Shown: positions 55,301 through 61,015 of the stretch, piece by piece
Position numbering within the stretch: the stretch's first letter is position 1
Layout of the letters: the number at the start of each line of letters is the position of its first letter
Assembly: GCA_964444705.1 (NCBI GenBank)
Contig: CAYUHX010000005.1
Coordinates: forward strand, 1-61,770
Direction: 5' to 3'
DNA: 61,770 bases
DNA from: an uncultured Gammaproteobacteria bacterium
GTDB taxonomy: Bacteria > Patescibacteriota > Patescibacteriia > Magasanikbacterales > GWA2-37-8
Made by a program: the position numbers and the translations under genes
Notes under the pieces: generated by a model
What the model saw: the letters and a program-made list of their open reading frames with translations, nothing else
Databases searched by the model: none
Told to the model about the DNA's origin: nothing

Positions 55301-56187
55301 GCAGCGAGGCTTACCATTGCACTTCCTGAAGGAGTTGTAGGAGTAGTTGGGGAAGAGGAAGCTCGTACCCAAGCCTGAGTTTTGTCAGTAGATTTACTCC
55401 ATACAGACATGATGGCATCTCCTTTAGTGTAACCAACAAGCATACTATCAGTAACGATGTGTGCATAGCGTGATTGGAAGCCGTTGGCTACCATACCATC
55501 ACTGGTTACTTCACGGAGAACATTTCCTGCGTCAACATACCAAGTTTTGCCACCATTGCTCACGAGCATACCTTCGTGAGGTTTGGCTTCAGTGATGTCG
55601 GCAACACGGCCAGCAGCACTGTAGTTGTTCCAGTCAGCATCATCGATGGTGACGACTGGTAATGGTGTTCCATATAAAGTCTGAGCGGCTTCTTTGGTAA
55701 TTTTTGCAAGACGAGTACCGGCAACTACACCATCTGAAGGCAAGATAGCATACAGGGTGTCTTTGTCAGCAGGTCGGTTGACCAAAGTGCTGCCTGGACG
55801 AAAGTTCACGCCAGCTGGAAAAGCTTTTGGAACTGATAAGTCGTTGAAACAAGCGCGTGAAATAGGAGAGAAGTGGTACACGTTGTTACCATTCGCATCT
55901 TTTTCTGCTTTGTTCCATGACCAATATTGTGTACTACCGTAGTAGTAATACAAATCGTTGTTAGCACCTACTACATAAATAGCAGGATGGCGATAGACAA
56001 CTTTTCCGTTGGAATCTTTTTCAAGAACCTGAACCTGACTTCCGACGGCTAAATCTGCTGGGCAGTTTGTGCTTGCAGCACTCACGAGTCCAGCCACCAA
56101 CACGTTGGCGCCGACAGAAGAAAGGATGGTAACTCCAGCAACAAAAGTGCTAAAGGCTTTTCTTCCTAAATTAGTAACATTACTCAT
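52381..56187 (-). CDS. 1268-aa secreted cell-surface repeat protein (S-layer/adhesin candidate)
   Basis: Signal/anchor peptide (KAFSTFVAGVTILSSVGANVLVAGLVSAAS). N-terminal wall-association-like modules, PT-rich linker SSSPTTPTTPSGS, then at least 6 beta-sandwich-like modules of about 100 aa. Rich in Thr/Ser/Asn/Gly/Val. Own terminator. Confidence 0.7.
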   Translation of the reverse strand: MSNVTNLGRKAFSTFVAGVTILSSVGANVLVAGLVSAASTNCPADLAVGSQVQVLEKDSNGKVVYRHPAIYVVGANNDLYYYYGSTQYWSWNKAEKDANGNNVYHFSPISRACFNDLSVPKAFPAGVNFRPGSTLVNRPADKDTLYAILPSDGVVAGTRLAKITKEAAQTLYGTPLPVVTIDDADWNNYSAAGRVADITEAKPHEGMLVSNGGKTWYVDAGNVLREVTSDGMVANGFQSRYAHIVTDSMLVGYTKGDAIMSVWSKSTDKTQAWVRASSSPTTPTTPSGSAMVSLAADNPAAMGIPQKATGVDFLHFVVKANAGDLTLNDLVVHRIGLGSSNDLASVYVYDGNTRLTSGRTVASDTNKVTFSNLKIALKSGESKTLRIVADLDTTNAGTGDEDGFEVVSVNGASVTGVVGNIMRVGASSVSAVTVDNSGSTGSMRLGASQAEVARFTVNAGSATYDVKWTGITLTNGGSLSNSYLSNLKLFVGGNQVAATPSMTGDKAVFTLSTSTVITKGDSKTAYVYADISGGRVNDNVKFYVDQSSDVQLWDTQYNAGVNLTNSWSTGDQTYTVTGGDLTLANNGPAAGTIARNVTNVQLQKFSFSAANNITVKSTKIWVYLLDAAGVVNTTSTNYDLIKNVKIVDLDNNNQVLVGPVTNFGTGTTQSGNGYYKVLTDNFDINAGQTRHLAVVADIDSAITTGFQVFTKIDWSGTNYVKYVDNSQYVDASNIVPNTLTGNNMTINGAQLTITRVTPPASASVVKGATQQALGLLLTPGTSDAVRVTSMNVRVYASSTAFTASLDGSTAGNTAGNTVVNTVSLWEEGAAAPLATQNLSNLSGTIGSGGYYYVTFNNLNYTVPAGVAKKLIVSFGLKDSISATTYTAADVLPSTDMNLETLEGKSVTNNSSSRVNATAGSITYLTVGTGGSITIAVDGSTPKADSVVSGSGPVTFTTYKLTPAQESFFLNGVALALNSTNYTRDIDKAFITCKDKAGATLTKTLSFDSTTGIATLTNGQLGCYLQRDQTNLITVGATLTTINGGAASGDAVKIGFDKVNTGLRFSAGSTLTNSFILLGESSNTTYYGASNSLTFDGSNINAQTLYKTRVSVAESDTVSPSHSTKTLDPVGVFTFTSQAEPGSSQNSVLGIVTVSLSGSLIANSAGNNTTTVYLYDSATPDAAHLMGSATVSGLDTGASNSVQIALTANNDFTGAKKVYVVVDTTDTDFSDTTNNEKLTTQLVSYNWNDGSTTATPVAGVPLFGQTYSY

Positions 56188-56395
56188 AATTAATAATTAT
56201 TTAAACTCTTTTCAAGCTGATATATGAAAATTCAGTCTTGAAAAAGAGCACCTGTCACGATGGCGTGACATACAACTAGCCAGGCAGATCCTTATGGACC
56301 TTCGACTTTTAAGCACTGGCTTCAATAATCTGTTTCCCCTCCCCACGCAACATACAGTCTTAAGACTCTAGGTTTGGTGCGGAGGGGAATTCAGC
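56188..56395 (-). promoter_or_regulatory. 208-nt hairpin-dense leader/intergenic RNA element upstream of the surface-protein gene
   Basis: Three nested or successive stem-loops on the minus strand (56334-56389, 56278-56321, 56253-70). No canonical promoter found by eye. Confidence 0.4.
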
Positions 56396-57769
56396 TCATT
56401 TTATCAAAAAACTATTTACTCCGGAAGAGGCAGTACTTGACCCATTGTTTTTTAAAGCACCTTCAACATTTATCATTTTTATAACTCCTCCCATTATAGC
56501 CGGACTATTAGTAGCCGTTGAAGTTACCACACCATTAATTGAAGAGGTAACTGCTGAAATCATCGTGTTGGCTGCAGCCGCGATTTCTCTGTTGGTGCTG
56601 GTGGAGTTATCTGCGTTCATGGTGTTAAGAACACCTACCGCAGGAACAACCGCAGGTAAAATAACTTGTACTTTAGTGATAGTATCTTTATAAATGGTTT
56701 CAACAGCTTTTGATGCAATATTTGCCTCGCCAATTCCACTGATTGCTTTTTCAATTTGTCCCTGTGCAATAAAATTTTTAATTTCACTTATTTTTTTATC
56801 CACTTTTTGTGTGGCATCACCAGCTTCTTGGGCAGCTTCTTTGGTTTGAGCGGCTACGGCCAACAAATCACTATTAAATTGTTTAGTAGTAGTAGGAAGA
56901 GCAAGCTCTTCTTTTTTTGTCAGGTCGTTTTTAAGAGTCTTAGCTGCTTGACTCACAAGTAAACTTACATCTTCTACTCCTTTTTTTGATTCAACCGCAT
57001 CGGTGGCCACTGTTTGGAGTGTGCTGCTAATGATCTGTTTTTTCACATCGCCAGACAAAGAAGAATTTCCGGTCAAAACCGCTCCCACCACTGCCAAATG
57101 CACATCTTTAGCAAGTTCTGTTGTTTCGGATAAATTTTTAGCAAGATCATCCGAAGTGGTTGGAGTACTTTCAGATAAATTTTGTTTTGATTCTTTGATG
57201 AGTGATTTAATTTCTTCAGTTTCTTGTACTGCCTCTACCGCAAGAGGTGGTGAATTCTTATCTTTCAAATCATGATTTACATCTTCTAAGGCTTTTTTAA
57301 GATATGAAACGGCGGTAGGAACGTGCTGTTTTTTTTCTGGATACGCCGTTATTTTTCGAGTATCATAGGCAATTTCTTTGGCCAAAGCTATTTTCTTTAA
57401 TTTAGCTCCTTCTCGATTTCCTACTTGCTCAGTGAGCACTACCTGTGCACGTTCAAGAGCAATTTTAAGGTCATATAATTTTTCGCCTGGAGAAGCAGCA
57501 TACGAAGCACGTACTGTGCTACTAAAGACAACCGCCATAACAAGCACCACCGCCAAAGATCGCACAGTGACAAACGACCAAGGACCAGCAAAAAAATGGA
57601 TGAAAAACGAAAAATCAAATAAACCTTTAGTGTGATTATTCGCTTTTGATGGAAGGGTATTTTTAATCAACGATAACAAAAGAACACGATTTTCTTTCAC
57701 CCACTCTTCGCGAGGACTCACATTCGTGTTACGTAATTTTTTTAATTGTCTGATTAAATCTCGTGACAT
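56396..57769 (-). CDS. membrane-anchored coiled-coil protein, probable anti-sigma partner (DUF5667-like)
   Basis: Short cytoplasmic N-terminus, one TM (SFVTVRSLAVVLVMAVVFSS), then a long Ala/Lys/Glu-rich extracytoplasmic region. The start lies 6 nt after the ECF sigma stop. There is no HxxxCxxC zinc motif, so the assignment is positional. Confidence 0.45.
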   Translation of the reverse strand: MSRDLIRQLKKLRNTNVSPREEWVKENRVLLLSLIKNTLPSKANNHTKGLFDFSFFIHFFAGPWSFVTVRSLAVVLVMAVVFSSTVRASYAASPGEKLYDLKIALERAQVVLTEQVGNREGAKLKKIALAKEIAYDTRKITAYPEKKQHVPTAVSYLKKALEDVNHDLKDKNSPPLAVEAVQETEEIKSLIKESKQNLSESTPTTSDDLAKNLSETTELAKDVHLAVVGAVLTGNSSLSGDVKKQIISSTLQTVATDAVESKKGVEDVSLLVSQAAKTLKNDLTKKEELALPTTTKQFNSDLLAVAAQTKEAAQEAGDATQKVDKKISEIKNFIAQGQIEKAISGIGEANIASKAVETIYKDTITKVQVILPAVVPAVGVLNTMNADNSTSTNREIAAAANTMISAVTSSINGVVTSTATNSPAIMGGVIKMINVEGALKNNGSSTASSGVNSFLIK

Positions 57770-57775
57770 ATATTT

Positions 57776-58342
57776 TTATAGCTGCGTCTCGACAAGTTCT
57801 TTTATTTTCTTTAGTGCGCGGTGAATAGTTACTCGTACAGTCAATTTACTTTTTCCTACAATTTCAGCAATTTCTTCAATGGTTAATTCGTCAATGTATT
57901 TTAAGGTAATTACTTCTTGATATTCTTGTTTTAATTTTTTAAGCACTTTGAGCAGGTTTTCATTTTCTAATTTCGCATCAAGCTTTTCATAAAAAATTCC
58001 TTGATCCCCTACTTCTCGTTTTTCTTCTTCTCCGCCATTTTCATCAATCGTAATAACTTCTGGCTGATTAGCACGACGGCGGTACAAGTCTATAACGCAA
58101 TTGCGTGCAATCCGGTAGAGAAGCCCACTAAAACTTTTTACCTCTTTTTTTTCTTGAAGAAAATTCCATGCTTTAAGAAAAACATCAGCGGTAATATCTT
58201 CTGCATCTTCAGACCGACGTACTTTAAAATACACAAAGCGATAGATTCGCTTTACATAGAAATCATACAACTGGCCAAAGGCTTCAGGATCATTATTGAT
58301 TCTTATTTTGGAAAGAAGAATCTTTTCAGAGAGCGTAGTCAT
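57776..58342 (-). CDS. ECF-type sigma-70 family RNA polymerase sigma factor
   Basis: Region 2 (FGQLYDFYVKRIYRFVYFKV..EDITADVFLKAW) and region 4 HTH (LTIEEIAEIVGKSKLTVRVTIHRALKKI). The ORF-track start at 58411 is TTG; the ATG at 58342 (MTTLSEK..) gives a normal 188-aa ECF sigma. Confidence 0.85.
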   Translation of the reverse strand: MTTLSEKILLSKIRINNDPEAFGQLYDFYVKRIYRFVYFKVRRSEDAEDITADVFLKAWNFLQEKKEVKSFSGLLYRIARNCVIDLYRRRANQPEVITIDENGGEEEKREVGDQGIFYEKLDAKLENENLLKVLKKLKQEYQEVITLKYIDELTIEEIAEIVGKSKLTVRVTIHRALKKIKELVETQL

Positions 58343-58580
58343 TATAGAAGACGAAGAAAAGTAAAAAGTGTTACACCTGAGATTCACACTTTGAGATTCA
58401 TAGCTTACCAAAAAAATAGACTTAAGGTCAATGAATTTATTTATAGTATAGCATAAATATACCTAACTCTTCTGAATTTATAGTTAAAAAATCAATAATC
58501 AAGAATTGTTCATTAAAAAATGCGTCCCACGCTTGTCTACACAAGTATAGACAAAAAAAATTTTGACCTTCGTATAACCA

Positions 58581-58609
58581 TTGACAAAACCCTCTAAATA
58601 TGCTAAAAT
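58581..58609 (+). promoter_or_regulatory. sigma70-type promoter of the HTH gene
   Basis: TTGACA (58581..58586), 17 nt, TAAAAT (58604..58609), 24 nt upstream of the ATG. Confidence 0.55.
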
Positions 58610-58632
58610 TGTATAAGCTAATCTAGACAATT

Positions 58633-58947
58633 ATGAATAATTTGACCGAAGAAGGCAAAGAAATGATCCGAGTTTCTGTATCAGAAGCAGCCAGGCTTTT
58701 TGGAGTTAATACACAAACTATTCGTCGAGCCATCAGAGCTCAAGAAGTTACCTATGTCGTGGTTTCAGGTCGCTACAAACTAAATTTCGAAAGTTTAGTT
58801 AAATGGTCACAACGCCACACCACCGTGCAAAACAAACTAAGCAAAAAAGGTATTGGGCAGTTTGTAGAACGTTGGAAAATTAAAAACCCCCTTTTCTCTC
58901 CAAATCCAAAAAGTATCAAATCTTCTCCAAACACCACTCTTCCATAA
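58633..58947 (+). CDS. small helix-turn-helix DNA-binding protein (excisionase/MerR-like HTH_17 type)
   Basis: VSEAARLFGVNTQTIRRAIRAQEV HTH near the N-terminus. 104 aa with a basic C-terminal tail. Confidence 0.65.
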   Translation: MNNLTEEGKEMIRVSVSEAARLFGVNTQTIRRAIRAQEVTYVVVSGRYKLNFESLVKWSQRHTTVQNKLSKKGIGQFVERWKIKNPLFSPNPKSIKSSPNTTLP

Positions 58948-58977
58948 AAAAATTGTTCACCCATAACTCTTTTGCCT

Positions 58978-59013
58978 CACCCATCTTTGTAATAATAAGA
59001 GGGGTGTTTTTTT
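58978..59013 (+). terminator. rho-independent terminator of the HTH gene
   Basis: CACCCATCTT, tgtaataat, AAGAGGGGTG (one mismatch), then TTTTTTT. Confidence 0.65.
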
Positions 59014-59021
59014 GTGCCTCA

Positions 59022-59051
59022 TTGACATGTTTTTTCAAGTACTTATATAAT
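59022..59051 (+). promoter_or_regulatory. sigma70-type promoter of the 585-aa gene
   Basis: TTGACA (59022..59027), 18 nt, TATAAT (59046..59051), 28 nt upstream of the ATG. Confidence 0.6.
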
Positions 59052-59078
59052 GAGATATAATTTTCTTACCTTTTTATT

Positions 59079-60836
59079 ATGTTTGCTGTGATATACAAAT
59101 TTTTTCACGGACATTACCACACTCGTTACCACGGCATCTACTCTCACGCCAAACAACTCTTCGTATTCGACCTTATACTCTTAGCCACTGCCATTTTTCT
59201 ACTCATCAGCTCACTTTTTTTCTTTTTTTGGAGACCCGGACTCACAGGATTCATTGATTTGTCCATGAATATTGGTGAAAATCGAATCAAAAGCGGCGAA
59301 CTCGTCCATATCACCTTTGAATATGCGAATCGCAGCACACGCCCTCTTACTTCTTCAACCCTCGCAGTTCATTTACCGCCAGGTTTTTTGATTGACCGCA
59401 CCCGCACTCCCGAAAGTGTTTTTTCTTCTAATTCAATTTTTAACCTTCACACCCTTGAACCAGGTGCTCGTGGACGCTCCGAACTATACGGTCACTTCTG
59501 GACAGAACCTCGCCAAGAAGAAGATTTTACCGCCACTCTCACCTATCAACCCGAAGGTTCTACCCGCAAAGAACAAAAGATATCTCAATTCACTGCACTT
59601 CTTCCAGAAAGTGTGCTACGCATGGATTGGCAAATTGCCACCACCTCTTTTCCTCAAAAACAAATTCCATTTTCGATCACATTAGTTAACACCAGCAACG
59701 AACCACAATCTGATTTGGTGATTCGTGCTTCAGTGCCTGATTTTATTCTGCCAGAAGAATATCTCACTTCATTTTCATTAAAAGCAAAAGAGACCCGCAT
59801 GGTCACCGGCACTTTGACACTTTCTTCGATAAATGGCGGCGAACCTGCTGCTTTTATTTCTCTCAATACCCGCGTGAATGGCCACACGATTCCGCAAGAA
59901 AAGATCACTCGCTCTTTCACTCTTTTGCACCCTGAATTTGAGGCAACACTTCGCCTCACTTCTTCCACCACCTATATTGAACCCGACCAACTCATTCCAC
60001 TCGAAGTGCGTTGGAAAAACAATGGAACTATTGCGCTCAATAATTTACGTGTTCGTGTCCATTTTTCGTCACCTTTAGTCGATCTACCAGCCACAGCCAG
60101 CCTTAATGGGGCTTACATCGAGAATGGTGATTTGATTCTTGATCACACCGCCCGTACCGCTCTTGCCTACAGCACTCCACAAAGCGAAGACTCAGCCACT
60201 TTTTCTCTTAAATTGGTTTCCTCTTTTGCCAACCTTGCCATTCCACCAAACACTTCATTTGTTATCACCCCAATCTTAGAAGGTGAAACATCATCTGTAC
60301 AAAATCAATCCTACACCATTCCAGGAAACGGTGTAGGACTTCCTGTGGCAGGCGAGCTTCACATGAACACCAATGTGCGCTACTACACACCAGAAGGAGA
60401 CCAGCTTGGCCGAGGTCCTTTGCCACCACACGTAGGAGAAACCACTAAATATTGGATTCTACTACAAGCGTTTACCACCCTTAATCCGCTTAAAAACGCT
60501 TCGTTTGAAACTAAACTTCCTGCAGGTGTTTCGTTCACCGGCAAACAAAGCATTACTCTTGGTCCTTCACTTGCCTTTGATGAAAAGACGAGAATGCTCT
60601 CTTGGAACTATCGAGAATTGCCACCCCAAAGTCGAACGGGTATCTATTTTGAACTTGCTGTTTCTCCCACACTGGAACAAATTGGTAAAAACCTTAATCT
60701 TACTGAAGAAATACTTTTCTCCGCTACTGATGAATCGGTTCAAAAAGAAATTAAAATTTCTCAACCAGGTCTTAATAACGTGCTTAAAAAAGACGACCAA
60801 GGGTCACGAAAAGGTAGTGCGGTTGCTGCCGAGTAA
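59079..60836 (+). CDS. membrane-anchored extracytoplasmic protein with repeated beta-sandwich (DUF11/CARDB-like) domains
   Basis: His-rich cytoplasmic N-terminus (HGHYHTRYHGIYSH), one TM, then several segments of about 100 aa with alternating beta-strand patterns. The motif RYYTPEGDQLGRGPLPPHVGETTKYWI is one I associate with CPR conserved-repeat-domain proteins. Confidence 0.5.
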   Translation: MFAVIYKFFHGHYHTRYHGIYSHAKQLFVFDLILLATAIFLLISSLFFFFWRPGLTGFIDLSMNIGENRIKSGELVHITFEYANRSTRPLTSSTLAVHLPPGFLIDRTRTPESVFSSNSIFNLHTLEPGARGRSELYGHFWTEPRQEEDFTATLTYQPEGSTRKEQKISQFTALLPESVLRMDWQIATTSFPQKQIPFSITLVNTSNEPQSDLVIRASVPDFILPEEYLTSFSLKAKETRMVTGTLTLSSINGGEPAAFISLNTRVNGHTIPQEKITRSFTLLHPEFEATLRLTSSTTYIEPDQLIPLEVRWKNNGTIALNNLRVRVHFSSPLVDLPATASLNGAYIENGDLILDHTARTALAYSTPQSEDSATFSLKLVSSFANLAIPPNTSFVITPILEGETSSVQNQSYTIPGNGVGLPVAGELHMNTNVRYYTPEGDQLGRGPLPPHVGETTKYWILLQAFTTLNPLKNASFETKLPAGVSFTGKQSITLGPSLAFDEKTRMLSWNYRELPPQSRTGIYFELAVSPTLEQIGKNLNLTEEILFSATDESVQKEIKISQPGLNNVLKKDDQGSRKGSAVAAE

Positions 60837-60855
60837 AGTACTATACACATTTAAT

Positions 60856-60886
60856 AAAAACCATCGGAATAATCCGATGGTTTTTT
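60856..60886. terminator. bidirectional rho-independent terminator
   Basis: AAAAA, CCATCGGA, ataa, TCCGATGG, TTTTTT. Confidence 0.75.
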
Positions 60887-61015
60887 ATGGAATTAAATTT
60901 CCTTAAAATGTACCTTATTAACCACTCTTTATCTAGCTTCTACAGTCATTAAAAATTGATTCAGCACTCTTTTGTCAACCTGTGGTAAAGCTGCTTGCAT
61001 TTCGGACATAAAAGT

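Noticed and set aside
56188-56395. The structured intergenic region as a known RNA (SRP/4.5S RNA, 6S RNA or a known riboswitch class).
   Set aside because: I could not find the conserved SRP domain-IV motifs (GGAA tetraloop with AGCA/GGAAG-type loops) or any riboswitch core I recognise. It is kept only as an unclassified structured leader.
58343-58411. N-terminal extension of the ECF sigma (ORF-track start at 58411, MVSYESQSVNLRCNTFYFSSSSI..).
   Set aside because: That start is TTG. The extension is low-complexity and not part of sigma region 2. The ATG at 58342 yields a standard-length ECF sigma.
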